A program made the translations under genes and the position numbers. Below, in pieces: positions 18,215-27,626 of a DNA stretch of 64,000 bases. Every line of letters begins with the position of its first letter. The first letter of the stretch is position 1. Source of the DNA: an uncultured Clostridia bacterium (GTDB taxonomy: Bacteria > Bacillota > Clostridia > Oscillospirales > Acutalibacteraceae); assembly GCA_937894845.1 (NCBI GenBank), contig CALCQJ010000122.1, forward strand, positions 2,660 to 66,659, in the 5' to 3' direction. The notes under the pieces were generated by a model. The model saw nothing but the letters and a program-made list of their open reading frames with translations. It did no database searches and was not told where the DNA came from.

Positions 18215-20566
18215 ATGAAATGGTATTATCGCATCCCGGCAATAATTCTTTGCATTGCTTTTTTACCTTTTATTTCAACGAGTTTCCAAAAGAGCTCTGT
18301 AGGGATGTTGCATAGCGGGCCTGACAGGGTTCAATTGAGCGCAATGTCTGACAATCAATTAGCAAAGAGCGGCACAAATAGCGAACAAATTATGCAGCTA
18401 AAAGCAGGCAAGGCTTCATTTGAACCAGGAACTGTACAAGAGGCAGTTATGATGGTGGAGGAACTTAAAGAGCAGCCTTTTTATTCCAACTTAAAAACAG
18501 CCGATAAACTCTATTACATCGAGGGCGATAAACTTAATTCAGCAGAGAGGAATCTGATTTTATCATTACAGGGTATTGTTGCACAGGAGGAAAGCCAGAT
18601 TTTTGTTTATTACAGCAGTGATAAACTTTGGTTTGAGGCTCTTCAAAAATACTACGGAATTACTATGGAAGAAGTAAAAACCATATGGGATATGGTAGAT
18701 TTATTCAAGGATAAGCTACAGGATAACGGATTTGTGCGCTATACACAATATGATTCATCCAAGACTTATCTTGATAACCCCACTGCACCATGTTCAATAA
18801 ACACAGCCACTGTAATATCGGGAATGGAAAAATATCTTATTGTAGAGGATTCACTTGTCGAAACGGCAATATCGAGAGGACTTGAACAAAAGGCAGATGC
18901 ACTGGATTATTTCGAGCTTGATGTGTATTTTGAATATCAGGATAAGCTAAATAAAGACATTATGACATCTTTAACCTATAATTCAACAACACTGAGAGAT
19001 GTTTCTATTGCACTGAAAACAATGGTTTGGCGTGATTCAGATATTGATGACCTTACTTTTATGCTTAGCAACATGAATCCGAATGGTATTTTGCTCGGCT
19101 GGCATGACGCCGAATACACCGGTGTTCTGGCAGGAACAACACAATCATATGCCACAATTGCTTCGGATACCGGCAGAAACTTTTCTGTTTTTGCAGGCTT
19201 GCCAAAAAGCAAATTGAAGCAAAAGCCACCAATGAAATATGAACTTAAAGATAAAAAGGATGTTCATTATGTTACCTTTATCATGAGTGACGGAGATAAT
19301 ATACAATGGGTAGAAGGCAGCTATACAAACGGAGAAAAATATTTTGCTGCGCGCTCGCGTGGCGAGATTCCTTACGGGTGGACATTATCCCCAAGCCTTG
19401 TTGAGCTGTCACCACTTTTCCCGCGCTACTTATATTCCAATGCTACAGTGAATGATAATTTCGTTGCGGCATTTTCAGGTCTTGGATACATGTATCCGTC
19501 CAAATATCCGGCTTCGCAGCTTGAAAAGTTTACCGAACGGACAGCTAAATATATGGACGCGTTGAATATGAGCTATACAACAATTCTGGATTTAGAGGAT
19601 GATTATCCCGATAAGACGAAGAGAGACAGAGTTTTGAATGCCTATTCGAAGCACTCTAATATTAAAGGCGGGTTCTTATATTATCATATAGACCGCTATG
19701 TCAGTTCGCAGATGGGCGGAGGTATATTCTGGAGCAATGGTAAGCCCTTTGTGAGCATGCGTGAATCACTGTGGGTAAGTGAATCTAATCAGGATCAATA
19801 TGACAAAGCGGAGGTAGCTTCGCAGATGGCTCATCGTATAAACAGCTATAAAAAAGATTGTACAGTCATTGATGGATATACGGCAGTTAACGTACATCCA
19901 TGGTCGTTTTCATATGATTATTGTACATCCATTACAAAGCTGCTTGATGATAATGTAGTAGTTGTAACTCCAAGTGAGTTTATGGAGCTTATTGCAAAGA
20001 ATGTTGAGAAAAAAGATGTTCCGGTGATAAAAACCGGCAAGAAGAATATGCATGATACATTTGATTACACCAATATGAAACGCTATTATGAGAGCGGAAT
20101 ACTTGATCTTAATGCTATTAAGCATAAGCAGCCAACAGACATGCTGATCTTCGATTTTAATTCAGGCGGTACCCAGGGCTGGATTCCCGCTCCTGGAAAC
20201 AGGGCGCTTGATCAGGTGCACTTACTTTCGGGTGGTATTGAGTTCATAGGTTCCTATTTTGGCCAGAAGCCCACTGAGCCGAACGGAAGTATTTATAATA
20301 AAATAATACTACCTGAAAAAGCTGATTTAAAGTTGAATGTTACTGTACAGTCAACGACAACAATGGGAAGAATTCAGGTTGTTAATGAAAATTCAAAAGT
20401 GGATACTATATATGATTGGACAGATTGGGCAAATACTTATAACTCAACTGTATATACAGCCGATTTATCTGAATATGCGGGAAAAACAGTTACCGTTATT
20501 ATTCAGTTCAGGGATGAATCCGGTTCAGGTGCACATATGAGAATAAACAAAATTGTTATTGAATAG
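18215..20566 (+). CDS. Secreted GxGYxYP-family protein (putative glycoside hydrolase, activity unknown) with a C-terminal beta-sandwich-like extension
   Basis: Signal peptide MKWYYRIPAIILCIAFLPFIS. Exact family motif G-L-G-Y-M-Y-P at nt 19478-19498. SD AAAGGAG precedes the ATG at 18215. Confidence 0.65.
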   Translation: MKWYYRIPAIILCIAFLPFISTSFQKSSVGMLHSGPDRVQLSAMSDNQLAKSGTNSEQIMQLKAGKASFEPGTVQEAVMMVEELKEQPFYSNLKTADKLYYIEGDKLNSAERNLILSLQGIVAQEESQIFVYYSSDKLWFEALQKYYGITMEEVKTIWDMVDLFKDKLQDNGFVRYTQYDSSKTYLDNPTAPCSINTATVISGMEKYLIVEDSLVETAISRGLEQKADALDYFELDVYFEYQDKLNKDIMTSLTYNSTTLRDVSIALKTMVWRDSDIDDLTFMLSNMNPNGILLGWHDAEYTGVLAGTTQSYATIASDTGRNFSVFAGLPKSKLKQKPPMKYELKDKKDVHYVTFIMSDGDNIQWVEGSYTNGEKYFAARSRGEIPYGWTLSPSLVELSPLFPRYLYSNATVNDNFVAAFSGLGYMYPSKYPASQLEKFTERTAKYMDALNMSYTTILDLEDDYPDKTKRDRVLNAYSKHSNIKGGFLYYHIDRYVSSQMGGGIFWSNGKPFVSMRESLWVSESNQDQYDKAEVASQMAHRINSYKKDCTVIDGYTAVNVHPWSFSYDYCTSITKLLDDNVVVVTPSEFMELIAKNVEKKDVPVIKTGKKNMHDTFDYTNMKRYYESGILDLNAIKHKQPTDMLIFDFNSGGTQGWIPAPGNRALDQVHLLSGGIEFIGSYFGQKPTEPNGSIYNKIILPEKADLKLNVTVQSTTTMGRIQVVNENSKVDTIYDWTDWANTYNSTVYTADLSEYAGKTVTVIIQFRDESGSGAHMRINKIVIE

Positions 20567-20589
20567 ATTAATTGAATGGGGGTATGGTT

Positions 20590-23500
20590 ATGAAAAAAGG
20601 GATACGTGGACTATCTATTGTTTTATCGGTTCTGATTATATTATCATCAATTTCAATTGCCGGTATCGGTACATTTGCGGCTGATTCGGTAAATGAATTT
20701 CCGGTGGTATTTGAAGCTGAAAACAGTTTAGGGGCGACTAATACCAGAACAGTTACTTCAACAGGAATTGAATGTGATCCGGCAACTAATGTTGCAGGAA
20801 TTGCTTTACAAGGCTCTGATTATTCATTAACACCGGGAACCTATAAGGTTACCGCAGTCATGAAGGTTATGAGCAGACTCGATGAAAATGACAGAAACTA
20901 TTTTGCTGAATTAAAGGTGGACTATAAAATTCGCGGTGCATCTGAAAGCAGCTATAATTACGCTATACGTGACGCTTCATTCACTGCTTTAAACACCTTA
21001 CAGAATTTAGATTTTTATTTCAGAGTAACATCACCGATAACTAACGTAAATCTTATTATTAATTCAATTAATAAAGTTAAATTCGGCGTTGATAAGCTGA
21101 TTTTAGAAAAGATGCCCGACGAAACCCCGATGGTTGTACAGGCTGAATATGATCGTGGAAAGCTGACCGGAAGATTTACAAACGAAGGAATTCTTTGCGA
21201 AAAGGATAAGCATGCCGTTAATTATATGATTAGCGGAGCAGTTATGACTTTGGACCCGGGAAAATATACAGTTAATGTTTATGCCAAGGTGCTTGCAAAG
21301 GCAGCCAACGCAGACGATGATGTTTTTATGTTTGATATGTATTATAAGGATGCAGAGACCAATGCCAAGTTGACTGGTTTTGCGCAAACCTTTAAGCAAA
21401 AAGATTTCCCCGATGCCGTCGGACAGTATAAAAAGTTCAAGGTTGAAGTAGAGGTTCCTGCGGGCAAACGGTATGTTGGTGTCCAGATGAGAACTCAATT
21501 TAAAAACACTGCCGATGTTTTGATAGATAAAATTGAAATTGCTCCGGAATTCCCTTTGGTGTTTGAAGCAGAAGCAAGTACGGCAGCAGATAATACCAGG
21601 GTCATTACAGAGGACGGAATAGAGTGTGATCCGGCTAGAGACATGGCTGGAGTTGCATTGCAGGGCTCAGATTACATCCTGGATCCCGGAACATATAAGG
21701 TAACGGCAGTTATGAAGGTAATGTCACGTGATTTGGATGCGAAAACGCTGTTCGGCGATTTTATAGTTGAATATAAAATAAACGGAACCCCTGAAAGCAG
21801 CTATAATTACGGTTTGCGGGATGTAACCTTTAAAGAGCTTGATACATGGCAGAACCTGGAGTTTTATTTCAGGGTTACAACACAGGTTATTAATGTCAAC
21901 TTAAAAATAAACTCAAGGGATATTGTAAAATTCGGAGTTGATAAGTTAATTCTCGAGAAGCTGGATTTAGATGCTCCGATGGTTGTGCAGGCTGAGAACG
22001 ACCGTGGAAATCGTACCGGTACATTTACGGATGAAGGTGTCAAATGCCAAAAGGATATACATAAAGTAGACTATATGGTGAGCGGATGCTATATTACTTT
22101 GGATCCCGGGAAATACACTGTAAATATTTATGCTAAACAGCTTGCTAAGGCAGCAGGCAATTCGGAAGACATTTTTATGTTCGATATGGCATATAAGTAT
22201 AACTCTGCTAATTTAGTCGGCTTTTCCAGGGCGTTTAAGCAGAGTGATTTTCCGGATACAGTCGGACAATATAAAAAATTCAGTGTAGAGGTTATAGTCC
22301 CTGAAGGACAGCGATTTGTCGGTGTTCAGCTGAGGGCACAGTATAAAAAGACTTCTGATATTCTGATAGATAAATTTGAGGTTGTTCCCAGTAATTTCCC
22401 CGTTGTATATGAGGCAGAAACCAGCATAGGAGCGAACAACACAAGAACCGTAACAGCTGAGGGTATTGAATGTGATCCTGCAACAAATGTAGCGGGTATT
22501 GCTTTGCAGGGCTCTGACTACGACCTTGAACCGGGAACCTATAAGGTAACGGCAGTTATGAAGGTGATGTCCAGAGCAGCGAATCCCAATACGCTATTCG
22601 GTGAATTAAAGGTGGATTACAAAATTGGCGGAGTAGCTGAAAGCAGCTATAATTTTGGAATTCGTGATATTACATTTGATGCTCTTAATACATGGCAAAA
22701 CCTTGACTTTTACTTTAGGGTAACATCACCTGTTACAAATGTTAATTTGATAGTTAACTCTAAAGATACAGTTAAATTCGGGGTTGACAAGCTGATTCTT
22801 GATAAAATGTCGGATGAATCACCGCTTGTAGTGCAGGCTGAATATGCACGCGGCAGTAACACAGGTACATTCACAAATGAAGGTATTAAATGCGAAAAGG
22901 GCAATAAAGTAGACTATATGGTGAGTGATGCCTATATCACCTTAGATTCGGGTGTTTATACGGTTGATGTATATGCAAAGCAGCTTGACAAGGCAGCAAA
23001 TGCTACGGATGATATATTCATGTTCGATATGGGCTATAAACTAAACGGTGCAAAATTAACGGGTTTTTCCAAGACCTTTAAGCAGAGCGCCTTCCCTGAA
23101 ACTCTGGGAGTTTACAGAAAGTTTAGCGTTGATGTTGAAGTGCCGGAAGGGGAACGCTTTGTTGGTGTTCAATTCAGAGCACAATTCAAGAATAATTCCG
23201 GAATAGTTATAGACAGATTTGAAGTAACACCCAATGCATCAACAGGTGGCCCGCTCTTTGAAGTAGAAGCCGAACGCATGAATAGTGTTATCGGAGTTAA
23301 AACAGATAATGGAGTTGTCTGTACTGTTGGTATGGGTAGCAACTTTGCCCTTTACGGTACAAACGTTAAGATTCCTCCCGGAAGCTGGAAAGCAGTTGTA
23401 TACATGAAGATTAATGAAAAAACAGGCGACGGCGATACGGTCGTAAGCATTTTTGATCTTAACTGTAAACCCGGAGGAGCAGAAAGGCAGCAGTTATACC

Positions 23501-24864
23501 CAACCGATGTAACTGAGAGCCAATTTGAACAAACGGACACTTATTATGCTATTGTGATTCCGTTTATTAACGACATCGAATTGTTGAGCACCGAGCTGAG
23601 GATGTTGTATACCAATAAGGTGGACCTTAAATATGATAAAATGATGATTCTGAAAATTGATGATGAGGTGCCTGAGCCAATTCAGGAAGAGGAAGAAGTA
23701 TATGAAAGACCTGACGGAGTACCTGCACATGATAAATATGATGTTCCGATAACCCCGGAAAACATTGAATTCAGTTCAACAAAAAGCGGAAAAATAACAA
23801 ACAACGCAATTGAGTTCAGGATAGAGGAGCACAATGTAGGAGATGTAAAGTCAATTAAAAACCCGTTCTATCTAACCAACGGAAGAAAATACGCAAGATT
23901 TTATCTGAGAACGCCGAATGATATAGCAGGTACCTTTACATTCTTAAACTTTACAGTTTTTAATGAAAATAAATTGATTGGAGATGTTTCCCTTAAAGGA
24001 GATGATTTAACCGGTTATGCAAATAAACCTTATATTATCAGCATGCCGTTTGATGCAAATGAGCATATGGCAATTAATTTTAAGATTTCATGGAAGGGTA
24101 ATTATGATATTATCATTGACAAAATTGAATTTACAGACAGTACAGAAACATCAAATATCTACCATCCTTTCAAAATGGAAGCTGATGGCAGTAAAAAATC
24201 GGTGAATCTGACAGCAGCTGATATGGAAGGCATCAGTGCAATTGATTACTTGAAAATTAATAAGGATGGCATTTACTTTGTAATACCCGCAGCTTATGTA
24301 TTTGAATGGCTTAACAAGCATGAATCAATTGACTTTTCATCCGGTAATATCGATACGCAGAAATCAGCGCGTTTCAGTGAAATAACTGACAACTATTCTG
24401 CAAAGATTGATAAATTAAGCGAGTTTACATTTACTGTTACTCTGAATTCGACGAGCAATAATATTACCCTTGATGTTATGCCAAACTACTATGATGTTTT
24501 GGTTCCCGCTGTAGAGGGCACGATTACTAAAGATAATTATGCCAACTTTGAGGTAATTTCTTTATTCATGCAGGAAAGTGGGAGGCTGAATGTACTTCGG
24601 AGTGTTATAACCGAGGAATTGGATTTTATTAGCTTTAATACAAAAAATCTTGGGACCTTTTATTCCGGCATAGCTGATTTGACCAAGTTAAAAGCTGAAG
24701 AACCCGAAGAGCCTGAGGATCCCACGGATCCGGATCCCAAAACACCATCGAAACCTGGTAAAAGTCCGGGCACGGGGGATAGCATGCTGCTGTTCGAAAT
24801 TGTAATAGCTACATTTGCTTGTATTGTTTTAGTATTTATAAAAAAATATCGCAAAGCATCTTAA
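20590..24864 (+). CDS. Cell-surface protein of tandem CBM6/35-like modules with a C-terminal SPxTG-type sorting signal
   Basis: About 1424 aa. Signal peptide. Three ~283-aa repeats, each built from two modules that begin FEAE or VVQAE. Additional modules follow. Acidic/Pro linker EEPEEPEDPTDPDPKTPSKPG, then SPGTGD, a hydrophobic helix and KKYRKAS. Confidence 0.7.
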   Translation: MKKGIRGLSIVLSVLIILSSISIAGIGTFAADSVNEFPVVFEAENSLGATNTRTVTSTGIECDPATNVAGIALQGSDYSLTPGTYKVTAVMKVMSRLDENDRNYFAELKVDYKIRGASESSYNYAIRDASFTALNTLQNLDFYFRVTSPITNVNLIINSINKVKFGVDKLILEKMPDETPMVVQAEYDRGKLTGRFTNEGILCEKDKHAVNYMISGAVMTLDPGKYTVNVYAKVLAKAANADDDVFMFDMYYKDAETNAKLTGFAQTFKQKDFPDAVGQYKKFKVEVEVPAGKRYVGVQMRTQFKNTADVLIDKIEIAPEFPLVFEAEASTAADNTRVITEDGIECDPARDMAGVALQGSDYILDPGTYKVTAVMKVMSRDLDAKTLFGDFIVEYKINGTPESSYNYGLRDVTFKELDTWQNLEFYFRVTTQVINVNLKINSRDIVKFGVDKLILEKLDLDAPMVVQAENDRGNRTGTFTDEGVKCQKDIHKVDYMVSGCYITLDPGKYTVNIYAKQLAKAAGNSEDIFMFDMAYKYNSANLVGFSRAFKQSDFPDTVGQYKKFSVEVIVPEGQRFVGVQLRAQYKKTSDILIDKFEVVPSNFPVVYEAETSIGANNTRTVTAEGIECDPATNVAGIALQGSDYDLEPGTYKVTAVMKVMSRAANPNTLFGELKVDYKIGGVAESSYNFGIRDITFDALNTWQNLDFYFRVTSPVTNVNLIVNSKDTVKFGVDKLILDKMSDESPLVVQAEYARGSNTGTFTNEGIKCEKGNKVDYMVSDAYITLDSGVYTVDVYAKQLDKAANATDDIFMFDMGYKLNGAKLTGFSKTFKQSAFPETLGVYRKFSVDVEVPEGERFVGVQFRAQFKNNSGIVIDRFEVTPNASTGGPLFEVEAERMNSVIGVKTDNGVVCTVGMGSNFALYGTNVKIPPGSWKAVVYMKINEKTGDGDTVVSIFDLNCKPGGAERQQLYPTDVTESQFEQTDTYYAIVIPFINDIELLSTELRMLYTNKVDLKYDKMMILKIDDEVPEPIQEEEEVYERPDGVPAHDKYDVPITPENIEFSSTKSGKITNNAIEFRIEEHNVGDVKSIKNPFYLTNGRKYARFYLRTPNDIAGTFTFLNFTVFNENKLIGDVSLKGDDLTGYANKPYIISMPFDANEHMAINFKISWKGNYDIIIDKIEFTDSTETSNIYHPFKMEADGSKKSVNLTAADMEGISAIDYLKINKDGIYFVIPAAYVFEWLNKHESIDFSSGNIDTQKSARFSEITDNYSAKIDKLSEFTFTVTLNSTSNNITLDVMPNYYDVLVPAVEGTITKDNYANFEVISLFMQESGRLNVLRSVITEELDFISFNTKNLGTFYSGIADLTKLKAEEPEEPEDPTDPDPKTPSKPGKSPGTGDSMLLFEIVIATFACIVLVFIKKYRKAS
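20695..23233 (+). repeat. Three intragenic tandem repeats of about 845-852 nt
   Basis: Repeat units start at about 20695, 21547 and 22391. The protein strings GIECDPA...GSDY...PGTYKVTAVMKVMSR recur in all three, while many third codon positions differ. Confidence 0.8.
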
Positions 24865-24880
24865 AGCTAATCCTCAAACA

Positions 24881-24916
24881 ATATACCAGCCCAATTACCT
24901 GTTAGGGCTGGTATAT
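24881..24916 (+). terminator. Hairpin with a perfect 12-bp stem after the surface-protein gene
   Basis: ATATACCAGCCC (24881-24892) pairs with GGGCTGGTATAT (24905-24916). The U-tract is weak. Confidence 0.45.
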
Positions 24917-24972
24917 TGCAGAGGTTAGCAAAAACCTTAAAGAGTTCAAAAGGTCATAAAAGGAGCAGTGCC

Positions 24973-27450
24973 ATGATTACACACATACGGTGCTGTGATG
25001 CAGATTCCCCGTTAGCTGTGGACATACAACCTGTATTTTCCTTTCGTCTTACAGATGGTGAAGCTGTCAAAATGAAGGCGGCTGTATTCTTGGAAAAAAG
25101 CAAAGACTTATCACTATGGGAAAGTGCTTGGCTTGATGCAAAATATTTCAGAATACCCTGCAACGCAAAGCTCAAGCCACGCACAACATATCTGTATCAG
25201 ATTTTTGTTAAATACTCGGATAACAGAATTGAAAAAAGCAATTTACACCGGTTTGAAACCGGATTGTTCGGGAAATTTAACAAAGCAAAATGGATTGGTG
25301 GAGAAGCGGAAGCCCCTGTTTTAGTTCGGAGCCTTGAAGTTAAGCCCGTAAAAAAAGCACGGCTTTATTTTTCGGCTTGTGGTATAGCAGAAATATATAT
25401 CAATGGTAATAAAATAGATGACAGTATATTTTCTCCCGTAAACTCCGATTATCATAAGCGTGAAAATATCGTGCTTAAATACCCCCTTAAAGATGAATTC
25501 TCTTATTCGCATTATTATGTATGTTACGATGTTACGACTTTGTTGAAGCCGGGTAATAATGTTCTGGCAATATGGCTTGGCAATGGCTGGTATAATCAAA
25601 CCGCACGTACTAATGAAGGAAATATGGAGTATGGAAAGCCAAGGATTAAGCTGAATCTGTATATTGAGCTTGCAGATGAGACGGTTGATGAGCTGCATTC
25701 CGACGAAAGCTTTATTTCATACGATAGTCCTATCAGGTTTAATCAGTATTTTGCAGGTGAGGTTTACGATGGAAGAATAGAAATACTTCCGATGCTGCTG
25801 TCACATAAAACCGGATCGCCTGTTGTAGTTTATCCTGAGTTTGAATCGGTACTTCGTCCACAGCTTTGCCCTCCTGATCGGATAATCAGGGTAATTAATC
25901 CAAAGCTATTATTTCGTCAGGGAGAATATGCAGTATTTGATGCAGGTGAGAACATCTCCGGGCGTGTAAGAATATTAACAAGCGCCCAAAGAGATAAAGA
26001 GATTGTACTTAAATTTGCCGAAGAGATTGATGAAGCAGGCAATTTGATTTTTGATTTTGCAGGTAAGATTATACAAACTGATTTATATATCTCTAATGGC
26101 GAGGTCAACCAGTCTTATGCGCCACGTTTTTGTTATCATGGCTTCAGATTTTTCAGTGTTTTCGGAGAAATAAATGAGGCTTTATGTGAAGTTATACATA
26201 CTGATATTGCACAAGAAGGAAGCTTTGAGACCTCGTCACCAATTATTAATGATGTTGTAAAAATGTATCTGCGTTCGCAGTGGTCAAATATGCATATGGG
26301 CGTGCCTACAGATTGTCCGCACCGCGAGCGGCTTGGCTATACTGGAGACGGCCAGCTTACTATAGACAGTGCATGTTATTTTGCCGATCTGGTACCATTT
26401 TATAAAAAGTGGATTAGGGATATAGCTGACGGTCAGTGCAAAAGGAGCGGACATGTACAGCACACAGCGCCATTCGGTGGCGGCGGCGGCGGGCCCGGAG
26501 GTTGGGGCGGCGCTATGATATTTGCTCCATGGAAGCTGTATAATTTTACGGGAGATATCTCTATCCTGCAGGATTATTACAGCAACATGTGCAAATGGAT
26601 GGATTATCTAAAATCACGTTGTGAAAATGATATTCTAATAAGGGAAGAGCCGGGCGGTTGGTGTCTCGGTGATTGGTGTAATCCGGGCAGCACTGTTATT
26701 ACACCTGCGTATGTTAACAGCTGTCTGTATATAATGCAGCTTATTATTATGAGCAAAATAGCCAATCTTTTAGATGATCAAAAGAACGTTGATAAATATT
26801 CTTCTGGTGCTAAACATGTGAGAAATGCTATAACAAGAGATTTCTATAATTCAGCTGATGGGAAATGGGATAAAGGTGTGCAAGGCTCGGACGCTTTTGC
26901 ATATAGAGTGGGGCTGATGTCAAATGAAATTGCTGCTGCCCGATTAGCTGCCTATGAAACAAAAAAACTGGATACCGGTATTTTCGGAACTCCTCTGTTG
27001 CTGGAATCTCTTTTTGAATTAGGTCTATGCGATATTGCCGTTAATATCCTTACAAGGACTGAATATCCCTCCTTTGGATATATGCAATCACAGGGCGCAA
27101 CTACTCTATGGGAAGACTTTACAGGACAAAACTCACATAATCATCCTATGTTCGGAACATATTCGGGCATTTTGATTAGATACCTGGCAGGAATTATGAT
27201 AGATTCGGATAATCCCGGTTTTAGGCATGTAATAATAAGGCCGTGCTTCCCAAAGGCAATTGACTGGGTTAAATGCACTGTTGTAACACAATATGGACCT
27301 CTTTTGGTAGAGTGGGAAAGAACCGGAGCAGGAAAAAAGCTCAATATTAGCCTGCCGGTGGGCACCGATGCAACATTGAAGCTTAGTTCGGGCGAAAGAA
27401 AAGGATTTGTGGACATCCATTCCACAACGAACAGAATAAACAATTTTTAG
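24973..27450 (+). CDS. GH78 alpha-L-rhamnosidase, cytoplasmic
   Basis: Family signature DCPHRERLGYTGDG at nt 26311-26352. No signal peptide. SD AAAGGAG precedes the ATG at 24973 (ORF open from 24916). Confidence 0.85.
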   Translation: MITHIRCCDADSPLAVDIQPVFSFRLTDGEAVKMKAAVFLEKSKDLSLWESAWLDAKYFRIPCNAKLKPRTTYLYQIFVKYSDNRIEKSNLHRFETGLFGKFNKAKWIGGEAEAPVLVRSLEVKPVKKARLYFSACGIAEIYINGNKIDDSIFSPVNSDYHKRENIVLKYPLKDEFSYSHYYVCYDVTTLLKPGNNVLAIWLGNGWYNQTARTNEGNMEYGKPRIKLNLYIELADETVDELHSDESFISYDSPIRFNQYFAGEVYDGRIEILPMLLSHKTGSPVVVYPEFESVLRPQLCPPDRIIRVINPKLLFRQGEYAVFDAGENISGRVRILTSAQRDKEIVLKFAEEIDEAGNLIFDFAGKIIQTDLYISNGEVNQSYAPRFCYHGFRFFSVFGEINEALCEVIHTDIAQEGSFETSSPIINDVVKMYLRSQWSNMHMGVPTDCPHRERLGYTGDGQLTIDSACYFADLVPFYKKWIRDIADGQCKRSGHVQHTAPFGGGGGGPGGWGGAMIFAPWKLYNFTGDISILQDYYSNMCKWMDYLKSRCENDILIREEPGGWCLGDWCNPGSTVITPAYVNSCLYIMQLIIMSKIANLLDDQKNVDKYSSGAKHVRNAITRDFYNSADGKWDKGVQGSDAFAYRVGLMSNEIAAARLAAYETKKLDTGIFGTPLLLESLFELGLCDIAVNILTRTEYPSFGYMQSQGATTLWEDFTGQNSHNHPMFGTYSGILIRYLAGIMIDSDNPGFRHVIIRPCFPKAIDWVKCTVVTQYGPLLVEWERTGAGKKLNISLPVGTDATLKLSSGERKGFVDIHSTTNRINNF

Positions 27451-27626
27451 CACAACACATCCCCTGAAAAAGTATTTGAGGCTGCAGGCAGGCGGATACT
27501 CTATGTAGTAGTGTGCATGTTTCCTCGGGTGCATTTAACAAATTATTTGAATGCTGTGTTAAGGTTTTTTGCGGTTTTATAACCCTACTGTGCCTTGTAG
27601 CGCAGCGGAAAGGAATGGTCACAACT

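Noticed and set aside
24916-24972. N-terminal extensions of several long ORFs (24916 for GH78, 27513 for GH38, 32725 for GH25, 34981 for TVP38, 51748 for rsmA, 51995 for cdd, 54057 for the PBP5-like gene)
   Set aside because: The extensions start at non-ATG codons or lack an SD. They add non-homologous residues or overlap the neighbouring gene. Internal ATG or TTG starts with proper SD spacing were preferred.
26477-26512. GGC-rich run encoding GGGGGGPGGWGG in the GH78 gene, considered as a slippage or phase-variation tract
   Set aside because: It is an imperfect triplet repeat kept in frame, so length changes would not switch the gene off. It is probably just a Gly-rich loop.
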